From Armatimonadota bacterium (lineage in GTDB: Bacteria > Armatimonadota > Hebobacteria > GCA-020354555 > CP070648), in NCBI GenBank assembly GCA_020354555.1, contig CP070648.1, forward strand, positions 2,544,152 to 2,608,151: a stretch of 64,000 nucleotides of DNA. Reading direction: 5' to 3'. A model generated the notes under the pieces. That model saw nothing but the letters and a program-made list of their open reading frames with translations. It was not told the origin of the DNA and did no database searches. The position numbers and the translations under genes were made by a program. The stretch's first letter is position 1, and every line of letters starts with the position of its first letter. Shown piece after piece: positions 18,524 to 27,433 of the stretch.

Positions 18524-20353
18524 GTGGAGGCCACGTTGGTGTTGGCGCTCGGTAATGTGCCGCCGCTGGTTATCGGACTCGCCGCCGCAGCTCTGGGCTA
18601 TGCGCTGCCGGCGATATGGCTGCGCGTGACGGCGAGGCGTTGGCGCAAAGCCCCTCATTCGCGCACGGTGCGCATCGTATCCGGCGCAGGGGTGTTCGCC
18701 GCCTTCGTCGTTCCCCTGGTCGTGCTGGCTTCGGGTGAGGCGATACGCCCGGTCGCCCTCGCGTGCGCTGCCGTGTTCGTCGTCGGCGTCGCCGACGACG
18801 TCCACACGCTGCCGCGCTGGCTCAAGCTCCTGTTGTTTGCAGCGGTCGCCTATTGGGCGCACTCGCTCGGGATCCGCATCGACACGGTCAAGCCGCCGTT
18901 CACCACGGCATACGCGAACCTGGGACTGTGGTCGGCCCCGGTGACCGTGATCTGGCTGCTCGGCGTGATGTGGGCCATCGCGCTCAGCCGCCGAGTACCG
19001 GGCCTCACCCCGGGGCTGGTGGCCCTCATATCACTGACGTTCGCCGCGGCTGCGGGAATCGCGCCGGGCAGCCCGAGGGCGGTCACGGTAGCGATTACGT
19101 TCCCCCTGGCCGGCGCGGCGCTCGGTTATCTGCGCTATGAGCTGCCGCCGGCGCGGATGATGCTCGGCAGCAGCGGACACTATGCGCTCGGCTTCGCGCT
19201 CGCCGCCGTGAGCGTCATCGGCGCGCTCAAGAACACCGCCTTTCTCGTTGTCGGGCTGCCGTTGCTGGTGCTGGCGGTGCCGCTGCTCAATACGACCTAT
19301 GCGGCGGTGTACGCGTCTCGCCGCGGCCGCGCAGCTTTCACCATCGCGCCGCGCGCGGAATACCTGCACCAGATCATGCTCCGCGAGGGCGTGCGCTTGC
19401 GCCACGTCGTGCTCTTGTTCTACATGATGACGGCATACCTGTGCCTCGTGGGTCTGATCCTTGTCGTCGTCATCGAGGTGTCGTTCCTGGTCAAGTTCGC
19501 GCTGCTGGCGGTTCTGGTCGCCATCGGGCTGGTTGGATTCTATGTCACGGCGCGAGTTCTCTCGCATCCCGACGCAGTCGGGCACAGCGCCGTCGAGCTC
19601 CTGGGCGTGGCGGTGCATCGCACCGACGTCGCCGGCGCGCTGCATCGCATAACGCAGTTCGTCGAGGAAGGCGCGCCGCATCATGTCGTGACTCCGGATT
19701 CCTCGGCACTGGTGCGCGCTCAGGAGGACCCGGAGTTGATGGATATTCTGCGCTCGGCCGACCTCGTCACCGCCGATGGCGCCGGCGTCGTGTGGATGGC
19801 CAAGGTGCTGGGCTTGCCGCTGTGGGAGCGCGTCTCGGGCGTGGATCTGATGGATCACATCTGCGAACTCGCCGCGGAGAAGCGCTACTCCGTTTACCTG
19901 CTCGGGGCCGCGCCCGGCGTCGCCAAAGCCGCCGCGCAGAAGCTTCAGGAGTGTTACCCGGGCCTGACCGTGGCGGGCACGACGCACGGCTATTTCAACG
20001 AGACTCAGGAGTCGCAGGTGGTGCACCGCATCGCCGAGGCGAAGCCGGACATCCTCTTCGTGGCGCTCGGCGTGCCGAAACAGGAGAAATGGATCCGGCG
20101 CCATCTCGACGATCTCAAAGCGCCGGTGGCGATCGGCGTCGGCGGCAGCTTCGACGTCATCTCGGGGCGCGTGAGGCGAGCGCCCGCGTTTATGCGGCGG
20201 TGGGGCTTGGAGTGGCTGTGGCGAACGCTGTGGCAGCCGTCGCGCCTGCCGAGGCTCGCGGCGTTGCCGAGGTTCGTATGGATGGCCGCCGCCGACCGGA
20301 TACGCCGCCGCGGGCAGGCCGGACGCCCTGGGCAGTCGGCGCCCCCCGGTTGA
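18524..20353 (+). CDS. fusion protein: degenerate WecA/TagO-like polytopic membrane domain plus WecG/TagA/CpsF-family (GT26) glycosyltransferase
   Basis: The C-terminal ~240 aa ('VTPDSSALVRAQ...LVTADGAGVVW...LLGAAPGV...FVALGVPKQEKW...GVGGSFDV') are TagA/WecG-like. The N-terminal ~350 aa are multi-TM with 'GVADDV' but read 'VPGLTPGL' and 'MLGSSGH' where the GT4 family has DGxDGL and GDxGS. Confidence 0.8.
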   Translation: MEATLVLALGNVPPLVIGLAAAALGYALPAIWLRVTARRWRKAPHSRTVRIVSGAGVFAAFVVPLVVLASGEAIRPVALACAAVFVVGVADDVHTLPRWLKLLLFAAVAYWAHSLGIRIDTVKPPFTTAYANLGLWSAPVTVIWLLGVMWAIALSRRVPGLTPGLVALISLTFAAAAGIAPGSPRAVTVAITFPLAGAALGYLRYELPPARMMLGSSGHYALGFALAAVSVIGALKNTAFLVVGLPLLVLAVPLLNTTYAAVYASRRGRAAFTIAPRAEYLHQIMLREGVRLRHVVLLFYMMTAYLCLVGLILVVVIEVSFLVKFALLAVLVAIGLVGFYVTARVLSHPDAVGHSAVELLGVAVHRTDVAGALHRITQFVEEGAPHHVVTPDSSALVRAQEDPELMDILRSADLVTADGAGVVWMAKVLGLPLWERVSGVDLMDHICELAAEKRYSVYLLGAAPGVAKAAAQKLQECYPGLTVAGTTHGYFNETQESQVVHRIAEAKPDILFVALGVPKQEKWIRRHLDDLKAPVAIGVGGSFDVISGRVRRAPAFMRRWGLEWLWRTLWQPSRLPRLAALPRFVWMAAADRIRRRGQAGRPGQSAPPG

Positions 20354-20378
20354 ACCGGTTAGAGTATCACGGTATAAT
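20350..20378 (+). promoter_or_regulatory. sigma70-type promoter (TTGAAC-17-TATAAT) for tRNA-Arg
   Basis: TTGAAC at 20350-20355 contains the TGA stop of the upstream gene. TATAAT is at 20373-20378, and the tRNA starts about 37 nt further downstream. Confidence 0.6.
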
Positions 20379-20414
20379 CGTAGCAGTTCCCGTGTACTGC
20401 CACACTAGTCCTGC

Positions 20415-20490
20415 GCCCCCGTAGCTCAGCGGATAGAGCGAGGGCGTCCTAAGCCCTGCGTCGCCCGTTCGATTCGGGCCGGGGGCGCCA
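20415..20490 (+). tRNA. tRNA-Arg (anticodon CCU)
   Basis: A cloverleaf folds by hand. The acceptor pairs GCCCCCG with CGGGGGC, and the D-arm pairs GCTC with GAGC. The anticodon stem pairs AGGGC with GCCCT around loop GTCCTAA. The T-arm is GCCCG-TTCGATT-CGGGC, followed by discriminator G and an encoded CCA. Confidence 0.9.
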
Positions 20491-20594
20491 TGATCACTCG
20501 GCGACCGCATCCCGCGGTACGCGTGGACTGCCGGCACGGAGCCCAGACGGGTCGTGGCGGCTAGGTTGGCCCGAGCAGGAGGCGGACTCCTGCC

Positions 20595-21983
20595 CTACGA
20601 CTCCGCGTCCGCAAGCCGCGCCGGCATCACCTCCCGCGACTTGAACCGCCCGCCCTGCGTCACCAGCCCCCAGTGCAGGCTGTCCTCATTCATGTAGTGG
20701 TCGCGCCATACCCACCAGCACCAGCCGAGCATGTCATTCGCGCGGGCGAAGCGCTCCACTTCCCGCACATATTCGGCACGGCGCCGGTCGCGCTCCGCCT
20801 CCGCCGCCTCGGGATAGACGTGAAAGACATCCATGCCGACCTCCCACACCAGGAACGGCTTCGGGCGCGTCGCGCGGCTGCGAATCGCATCTATCTCGCG
20901 AAGCAGATGGCTCTGGGCGTCATCGAGTTCCTCTTGCGACCACGGATACCAGCCCTGGCAGTAGAAGTCCACGCTGCCGACACCCCAGGTCATCTCGCGC
21001 CAGTACCCGAAGCGCCACGGATCAACGCGCTGCACGACGAGAGTGTCGGGAGCCCCTCGCCGCAAGGCGGCGGTGATGGCCTCTATGACCTTGATGGACA
21101 GCGGATTGTGCCAGCGATTGAAATCCTGCCACTTCTCTTCTTCGTAAGGCGTGACCGGCAGGTCACGGTACGGCGTCCCCTCGAGCCTGCAGATCGAGTC
21201 GCGCGCCCATTCGTCAACGGGAAACAGCACGTCATCCCACGACGGGTTGCTCTCGCCCCAGCGTTTGTTCCAGTAACCGAGGTCCGGGTTATCCCGGCGC
21301 AGGAAATCGCGCCACGAGCGCAGGTTGAGCGGATCGTTGAAGTTCCAGTGATTCAGGTTGAGATGCTGCCAGTCCAGCGGGTCGAAGATGACGTTGTCGT
21401 AGCTGCGGCACACGCGCGCGACGCGTTCGTGAAAGCGCAGGAACGCCTGCCAGGAGTAGGTGTCGTAGTCCGCAATGGCCGGCCAGTCAGTCACCAACCA
21501 ACCGTAGTACGCATCGTGTTTCCGGCCGCCCAGATCGGTAAACGCAGCGTTGAAGAGGCCGTTCACCCCGGCGGGAACGCGCGACATCCCGAACCACAGG
21601 TCAACATAGAGCCCGTGGCGCTGCGCCGAGTCGAGCAGATGAACCAGCTTGCGCTGCGCGTTCCGGCTCCACTCGTAGCGCCCGCCCTCGACGTCCACGC
21701 TCGGCATGAAGCTGCCCCAGTTGACCTGCACTGCCGCCAGGTTAAACCCCTGGCGCTGCATCGCCGCGAAATCGCGCTCCACCATCGCCTCGTCGAGGTC
21801 CTCCCAGAAGCAGTGGTGGAAGGCGTGCGGCTGCCAGTACATCGCGCCGCGGATGAACACGGGCGCCCCGCCGTCTACGAGTCGGCCGTCTTGCAGCTCT
21901 AGGCCCGCCGGAGCGCCGGTCGCGGCCAGCGTCAGGGCCACAGCGGTGACTGCGACGGTCAGAGATGCGATACGTGCCGTCAT
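20595..21983 (-). CDS. secreted glycoside hydrolase, TIM-barrel clan GH-A-like (GH5/GH42-like), family uncertain
   Basis: It has a signal peptide 'MTARIASLTVAVTAVALTLAATGA'. Cellulase-like segments include 'FIRGAMYW', 'DFAAMQRQGFNLAAVQVNW' and 'FLVWEVGMD' (a putative nucleophile Glu). Confidence 0.5.
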   Translation of the reverse strand: MTARIASLTVAVTAVALTLAATGAPAGLELQDGRLVDGGAPVFIRGAMYWQPHAFHHCFWEDLDEAMVERDFAAMQRQGFNLAAVQVNWGSFMPSVDVEGGRYEWSRNAQRKLVHLLDSAQRHGLYVDLWFGMSRVPAGVNGLFNAAFTDLGGRKHDAYYGWLVTDWPAIADYDTYSWQAFLRFHERVARVCRSYDNVIFDPLDWQHLNLNHWNFNDPLNLRSWRDFLRRDNPDLGYWNKRWGESNPSWDDVLFPVDEWARDSICRLEGTPYRDLPVTPYEEEKWQDFNRWHNPLSIKVIEAITAALRRGAPDTLVVQRVDPWRFGYWREMTWGVGSVDFYCQGWYPWSQEELDDAQSHLLREIDAIRSRATRPKPFLVWEVGMDVFHVYPEAAEAERDRRRAEYVREVERFARANDMLGWCWWVWRDHYMNEDSLHWGLVTQGGRFKSREVMPARLADAES

Positions 21984-22251
21984 TCGTAACCCTCCGCGTT
22001 CACGTCTGGTTGTCAGTCGTACTGCTGACGCAACGGCGAACGCATGCCGTCGTGAGGTGTGTGGGTGATCGAGAGCCGCCGGTGTCGTGCGCGCCGGTCA
22101 CGTAGAGCAATCGCCCTCGATAGAGACACCACCGAGCCCTCGCCATGTCGTCCGTACGGAGATACGCAACGGACGAAGCGAAGCGTCCCCGCCCCGTCAC
22201 GACAGTTATTCAGGCAGGGCGTAACGAGACCCCGCGAGCGCGGCCCGCCCG

Positions 22252-23211
22252 CTATCGCCCGAGCAGGCTCTTGATCTCCGGCGTGTCGAGATTCTCCTTC
22301 GTCACCGCGCTGACGCCGGTATCAACGTAGCGCGGAACCGGCTCGCCGCGGATCGCCTTGACGACAGTTTGCACGCCCTCGTACCCCATCTTGAACGGGT
22401 TCTGCACGATGAGCGCTTGAATGGTGCCGCGCTCGAGCGCGGCAATCTGGCTGTCGGCGGCATCGAACGCGACGAGCTTCACCTTCCCCGCCAGGCCTCG
22501 CTGCTCAATCGCCCGCGCCGCGCCGATTGCGCCCGGCTCATTGGCGGCGAAGATGCCGGCGAGGTCGGGGTTCGACGTCAGCATATTCTCCGTAACGGCC
22601 ATCCCCTTCGCGGCATCGCTCTCGGAATACAGGACGCTGACGATCTCTACCTGCGGATGCTTCTTGATTTCCTCTTTGAACCCATTCTCCCGCATCGTCG
22701 AAGTGGCTGCTCCCGCGACGAACGGAATCAGGCCGACCTTGCCTTTGCCCCCGATCAACTCGACGAGCGTTTCCCCGGCGATACGCGCCCCTCTAATGTT
22801 ATCGGTGGCCACGAGTGGCACAGACGGGTCGTCCACACCGGAGTCAATCGTGATGAGCGGTATCTTCGCTTCCGCCGCTCTCCTGACGATCGGCGCCAAC
22901 GCCTTGGAATCACACGCGGCCATGACGATTCCGTCCACGCGCGAGTTGATGAGATCCTCGAGCATCGAAATCTGGCCGGCCACATCGCGCTCATCCGACG
23001 GCCCACGCCAGATGATGGTGGCGTCGTTCTCCTCCGCCGCCTGGTCCGCGCCCGCCTTCACCGAAAGCCAGAAGTCGAACGCAACGGCCTTGGGCACGAC
23101 GGCGATGGTCAGTTTCCCGGCGCCGGGCTGCGCGCCGCGCTCCCGGCGCGCGCAGCCACAGATGACAACGACGACAGCCAGTGTGAGACAGATAACGCGC
23201 AAGGCTCTCAT
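22252..23211 (-). CDS. sugar ABC transporter substrate-binding lipoprotein (RbsB/CUT2-type periplasmic binding protein)
   Basis: ATG 23211 follows GAGGAG, and the lipobox is 'VVICGC'. 'KLTIAVVPKAVAFDFW...VDGIVMAACDS...PLITIDSG...VKLVAFDA' is typical of Peripla_BP_4. Confidence 0.85.
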   Translation of the reverse strand: MRALRVICLTLAVVVVICGCARRERGAQPGAGKLTIAVVPKAVAFDFWLSVKAGADQAAEENDATIIWRGPSDERDVAGQISMLEDLINSRVDGIVMAACDSKALAPIVRRAAEAKIPLITIDSGVDDPSVPLVATDNIRGARIAGETLVELIGGKGKVGLIPFVAGAATSTMRENGFKEEIKKHPQVEIVSVLYSESDAAKGMAVTENMLTSNPDLAGIFAANEPGAIGAARAIEQRGLAGKVKLVAFDAADSQIAALERGTIQALIVQNPFKMGYEGVQTVVKAIRGEPVPRYVDTGVSAVTKENLDTPEIKSLLGR

Positions 23212-23285
23212 CTTCCACTCCTCAATCGTCGGTGTACGAGTACCCGTCGCTCGTGCACGTCTATGGTTCGGCCCCCGGCAGCCGG

Positions 23286-24266
23286 CTACCTCCGCCGGCG
23301 AAACTGGTCGAGGAACACGGCAGCGATGATGATGACCCCGATTGCGACCTGCTGCCAGAATACCGGAACCCGCAGGAGGTCGCACCCGTTGCGCAACACG
23401 GCCATTATCAGCGCGCCAATGAGCGTCCCGGCCACCGTTCCCTGGCCGCCCATCAGGCTCGCGCCGCCGATTACGGCTGCGGCAATCGCGTCCAGCTCGT
23501 AGCCGACCCCGGCCGTCGGTTGCCCGATACTGAGGCGGCTGGTCAGCGCGAGGCCCGCCAGGGCCGACAGCAACCCCGCGATGGCAAAGATAATGGTCAC
23601 GACTCGCTTGACGGGAATTCCCGAGAGCCGGGCCGCCTCGGGATTACCGCCGATGGCGTAGATACTGCGCCCCAGTGATGTTCGGGTGAGCACCACGTGC
23701 GCCGCGACCGCGACTGCACCGGCGAGCAGCGCGGGCAGCGGAATGCCGACCCGTCGCGCCATCGAGAGGTCGGCGAACCTCTGCGGCACCCCGAACACGT
23801 TCACCCCGCCCGTGATAATCAGTGCGGCGCCCCTCGCAATGCCCATCATCCCCAGGGTGACGATGAACGAGGGCATTCGCCCAAACGCGGTCAGCGCCCC
23901 GCTCAGTGTGCCGACGCCAACGCCAAGCGCAACGCCGAGCAGCACCGACGGCGCGATCCCCACCCCGCTGCGCATCAACAGCGCCGCCGCACAGCCGCAC
24001 AGCGCCAGCACCGATCCCACCGACAGGTCAATGTTGCCGCTGATGATGACCATCGTCTCGGCGACCGCGAGGATTGCCACCGCCGACGCCTGTACCGCGA
24101 CAGTTGCCAGATTATTGGGCGTGAGAAAGTGAGGCGAGGCGAAGGATAGGATGACCCCCATCACGATCAACGCCGCCAGCGGCCGCAGCCACTCGGCAAC
24201 CCGCTGCCACGCCAAAACGGGTGCGACGTCTCCTATCACATGCGAGTTGTCTCTCTGTTGCCCCAT
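23286..24266 (-). CDS. sugar ABC transporter permease (RbsC/BPD_transp_2 type)
   Basis: It is multi-TM and Gly/Ala-rich, with 'IDLSVGSVLAL' and 'GGNPEAARLSGIPV', which are characteristic of CUT2 permeases. The start is either ATG 24266 or TTG 24272. Confidence 0.85.
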   Translation of the reverse strand: MGQQRDNSHVIGDVAPVLAWQRVAEWLRPLAALIVMGVILSFASPHFLTPNNLATVAVQASAVAILAVAETMVIISGNIDLSVGSVLALCGCAAALLMRSGVGIAPSVLLGVALGVGVGTLSGALTAFGRMPSFIVTLGMMGIARGAALIITGGVNVFGVPQRFADLSMARRVGIPLPALLAGAVAVAAHVVLTRTSLGRSIYAIGGNPEAARLSGIPVKRVVTIIFAIAGLLSALAGLALTSRLSIGQPTAGVGYELDAIAAAVIGGASLMGGQGTVAGTLIGALIMAVLRNGCDLLRVPVFWQQVAIGVIIIAAVFLDQFRRRR

Positions 24267-24379
24267 ACGCAATCCAATCCGAGTCGCTCAGTTGGATTCG
24301 CGACAAGATAGCACGCTCCTGCCCGCAGGCGTACGGGCAGGCAAAGGATGACGCACTCGCGGCGTGGAATCAGTGCGCC

Positions 24380-25483
24380 ATGACCGACCAGCACGTTGAC
24401 GATCAACAGCCCGCTGCCCTCGATCGCGCCGTCGAAGAGCGCATCGCCCGCTCGATCAACTTCGAGGAGGGCGACCGCGTTCCAATCTGGGACTACATTG
24501 ACAACCCTTCCGCCATCGACCACTTCGCGCCGGGCGAGGAGGATCTGCTCGCCGCCAATGTCAAGGTCTATCACGGCCTGGGGATTGACCTGTGCCGAGG
24601 CTTCGGCGGCAGCTACGCGGCAGAGCGCAACGGCGAGCAGCACACGGACGACGAAGGCGCGGTGCGCAGCATCATCTCGGGGCAGACCTGCTGGTCGGTG
24701 CGCAAGGCGATACGCAGCATCGAGGAACTGCGGGCGTACAAGCCGCCCGCGCCGCGCGACATCGAGCAGATGCGCGCGGAATGGGTGCCGCACGTGCGTG
24801 CCGTGCAGGCGGCGTTCGCGCCCCTGACGATGTACGTCCCCGGCCACGGCTGCGGCTTCCACGGCACGTACGACATGATGGGGCTCCAGCTCTTCTCCTA
24901 CGCCATCTACGACTGCCCGGCCGAGGTCGAGCGGCTGATCGAGGCCGGCAACGTCCCCGGCGTGCACATCGCAAGGATCGCCGCGGAGGCAAAGCTGTGC
25001 CCGCTCTTCTTCATCGGCGACGACATCGCCTACAAGCAGCGGCTGATGTTCTCGCCGGAATTCCTGCGCCGCACGTTCATCCGCGCGCTGCGCAACATGT
25101 GCGAGCCGCTGCGCAACGCGGGCATCAAGGTGATTTTCCACAGCGACGGCAATGTCACCGACATCCTCGATGACATGATCGAGGCGGGCATCAGCGGGCT
25201 CAACCCCATCGAGCCGCTGGCGGGGATGGATATCGGCTGGCTCAAGCGGCGCTACGGCAAGGAGTTGATCCTCGTTGGCAACGTGGATTGTTCCCAGGTG
25301 CTGCCGCTCGGCACGGTCGCGGAGGTCGTTGCGGCGGCAAAGGAATGCCTGCGCCAGGCCGCGCCGGGAGGCGGCCACTTCATCGGCTCTTCCAGCGAAA
25401 TCACGCCCAGCACGCCGCTCGAGAATGTCCTTGCATTCTATGAGGCCTGCCGCGAGCACGGCAGGTATCCGATTCGCCTGTGA
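24380..25483 (+). CDS. uroporphyrinogen-decarboxylase (URO-D) family protein, function unknown (paralogue 2)
   Basis: 'IFHSDGNVTDILDDMIEAGISGLNPIEPLAGMDIGWLKRRYGKELILVGNVDC...GGGHFIGSSSEI' is a typical URO-D-like C-terminal half. The start is re-set to ATG 24380, although the RBS there is weak. Confidence 0.7.
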   Translation: MTDQHVDDQQPAALDRAVEERIARSINFEEGDRVPIWDYIDNPSAIDHFAPGEEDLLAANVKVYHGLGIDLCRGFGGSYAAERNGEQHTDDEGAVRSIISGQTCWSVRKAIRSIEELRAYKPPAPRDIEQMRAEWVPHVRAVQAAFAPLTMYVPGHGCGFHGTYDMMGLQLFSYAIYDCPAEVERLIEAGNVPGVHIARIAAEAKLCPLFFIGDDIAYKQRLMFSPEFLRRTFIRALRNMCEPLRNAGIKVIFHSDGNVTDILDDMIEAGISGLNPIEPLAGMDIGWLKRRYGKELILVGNVDCSQVLPLGTVAEVVAAAKECLRQAAPGGGHFIGSSSEITPSTPLENVLAFYEACREHGRYPIRL

Positions 25484-25591
25484 GCGCATCCGCGTCTTGC
25501 GTGAGCGCAGGACATCGGGGATTGCATCGCGAATCTAGCTCGTGGTGGAACGCCGCTTCAGACAGGTCTTCGACGAAAGGATACGAGGAGG

Positions 25592-26326
25592 ATGGACAGA
25601 CCGATTCGCGTCACCGTATGGAATGAGTACCGCCACGAGAAGAGGAATGAGCAGATCGCCAAGCTCTACCCCAAGGGGATGCACGGCGCGATTGCCGAGC
25701 ATCTGTCCAAGCAGCCGGGCATCGAGGTGCGCACTGCGACGCTGGACGAGCCCGAGCACGGGCTGACGGAGCAAGTCTTGGCCGAGACCGATGTCCTCAC
25801 CTGGTGGGGGCACACGGCGCACGGGGAAGTCAAGGACGACATCGTCGCCCGCGTGCGCGAGCGAGTGTTGGACGGCATGGGGCTCATCGTGCTGCACTCC
25901 GGCCACTTCTCCAAGATCTTCGGGGCGCTGCTGGGCACGACGTGCAATCTGCGCTGGCGGGAGATCGGGGAGAAGGAGCGCCTGTGGGTGATTGACCGCA
26001 GCCATCCCATCGCCGAAGGCGTTGGCGAGTACTTTGAGTTGCCGCATACCGAGATGTACGGCGAGCCCTTCGACATCCCGGCGCCGGACGCGCTGGTCTT
26101 CGTGAGCTGGTTCGCGGGCGGCGAGGTCTTCCGCAGTGGATGCTGCTTCAACCGTGGCCGCGGGAAGATCTTCTACTTCCGGCCGGGACACGAGACGTTC
26201 CCCATCTACCACGACGCGAATGTGCTGAAGGTCATCACCAACGCCGTTCGCTGGACAGCGAGCGGGCGCGCCGCGGCGCCGACCTTCGGCAACATGCAGC
26301 CCCTGGAGGATGTGAAGCCCGAGTAG
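25592..26326 (+). CDS. ThuA-domain (trehalose-utilisation-like) protein
   Basis: '[12 protein letters not shown]...[11 protein letters not shown]...[14 protein letters not shown]...HPIAEGV...[13 protein letters not shown]...GEVFRSG' matches the ThuA family. The RBS is AGGAGGATG. Confidence 0.85.
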   Translation: MDRPIRVTVWNEYRHEKRNEQIAKLYPKGMHGAIAEHLSKQPGIEVRTATLDEPEHGLTEQVLAETDVLTWWGHTAHGEVKDDIVARVRERVLDGMGLIVLHSGHFSKIFGALLGTTCNLRWREIGEKERLWVIDRSHPIAEGVGEYFELPHTEMYGEPFDIPAPDALVFVSWFAGGEVFRSGCCFNRGRGKIFYFRPGHETFPIYHDANVLKVITNAVRWTASGRAAAPTFGNMQPLEDVKPE

Positions 26327-26379
26327 AGGCTCCCGCAAAGGGCCGGCCGGGGCGTGATGCAGCGTTCTGTGTAGAAAGA

Positions 26380-26411
26380 GACGCCCGCCGAGAATGATCT
26401 CGGCGGGCGTC
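26380..26411 (-). terminator. intrinsic terminator hairpin between convergent thuA-like and RRM genes
   Basis: A perfect 13-bp stem forms (GACGCCCGCCGAG / CTCGGCGGGCGTC) with loop AATGAT. On the minus strand it is followed by CTCTTTCT. Confidence 0.6.
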
Positions 26412-26486
26412 GAGGTTCAGCTTCACACGGTACCGGCCCCCGGCGCTGGGTGGCCGGAGGCAAGCGAGTCTATTTCAGCGCGGCGA

Positions 26487-26864
26487 TTACCAACGCGGCT
26501 CGCGGCGCCCGCCGCGACCTCCGCCGCCGCGACCTCCCCCGCCGCGACCTCCGCCGCCGCGGCCTCCGCCGCCCCGACCGCCGCCGCCTGAGTCACGACC
26601 GCCGCGGAACCCGCCGCCGCCGCCCGTGCGCTCCGGTCGCGGTTGCGCCTCGTTGACCGTAAGCGGACGCCCCTGGAAGTCTTGACCGTTGAGCGCCTCG
26701 ATGGCCCCGGCCGCTTGCTGTTCGTCGAGCTGGATGAAGGCGAACCCCCGGTTGCCGATCATCCGCACCTCCGTCAACGGCCCATACTGCTCGAACAGTT
26801 GACGCAAGTCGTCCTCGGTTACGCTGTAGGGGAAGTTCCCTACGTACAACGTCTTGTCAGGCAT
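26487..26864 (-). CDS. RRM-type RNA-binding protein with a C-terminal Gly/Arg (RGG) tail
   Basis: RNP2 is 'LYVGNF' and RNP1 is 'RGFAFIQL'. The tail reads 'GGGGRGGGGRGGGGRGGGGRGGGGRGGRR'. Confidence 0.9.
   Translation of the reverse strand: MPDKTLYVGNFPYSVTEDDLRQLFEQYGPLTEVRMIGNRGFAFIQLDEQQAAGAIEALNGQDFQGRPLTVNEAQPRPERTGGGGGFRGGRDSGGGGRGGGGRGGGGRGGGGRGGGGRGGRREPRW
26511..26585 (-). repeat. five tandem copies of a 15-nt unit encoding the (GGGGR)n tail
   Basis: The unit gccgcgacctccgcc is repeated head-to-tail with one or two substitutions per copy. The repeat lies inside the RRM-protein CDS. Confidence 0.9.
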
Positions 26865-27433
26865 GTGCCCTCTCCCTGAGTTCCGCGCACCGCGGAATCT
26901 ATAGTCGCGGCGCTTGGCCGCGCAGCGCGGTTCGTCCGCTGAACTAGCTCTGCTTCACGAGCCTCGGAAGCGCTCGCGCCGCTCCCCGGTGCAGGGAAGC
27001 GACCGCGTCATCGCGCTTCGCAGAGCGATCTGCCGTCCGCTCGACAGTCAGAGAGGACAGGGACGCCTTCGCTTGAGCTTGAAAGTTCTCCGCGCGCGGC
27101 ACATCCCCCTTTGGCGATTTGATGATTCATCATACATCGTGGGATGACGCGATCCGTTTGCGAGACACATTGCCCGGCGACGCGAGCCGCCCTCCGGACG
27201 CCCCGCCGGCTGGTGCGATCGCCATGTGACACTCCGCACCAGCGCGCGGCGGCGGTCGAGATCTGCTCGAACCGACAGTCAGAGAGCGTTGCCCTTAGAG
27301 GCCGAGCGTGACACTGCGTCCTGCTCGGCGCTCCGGGTTGGACGTGCCAGAGCATCCGCGACGACGAACCAGCTGCGCCGTTCCGCACCTTCGGCTGCCA
27401 ACGGTGACCTGGTTGCCGACGCGTCTTCGTTTC

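Noticed and set aside
20350-20600. The tRNA-Arg as an integration hotspot or genomic-island boundary.
   Set aside because: No integrase, no direct repeat of the tRNA 3' end that I could find nearby, and no compositional break. The flanking genes are ordinary metabolic genes.
26511-26585. A short tandem repeat that could be mistaken for a CRISPR-like or minisatellite array.
   Set aside because: The unit is only 15 nt, there are no spacers, and it lies in frame inside a CDS where it encodes the RGG tail.
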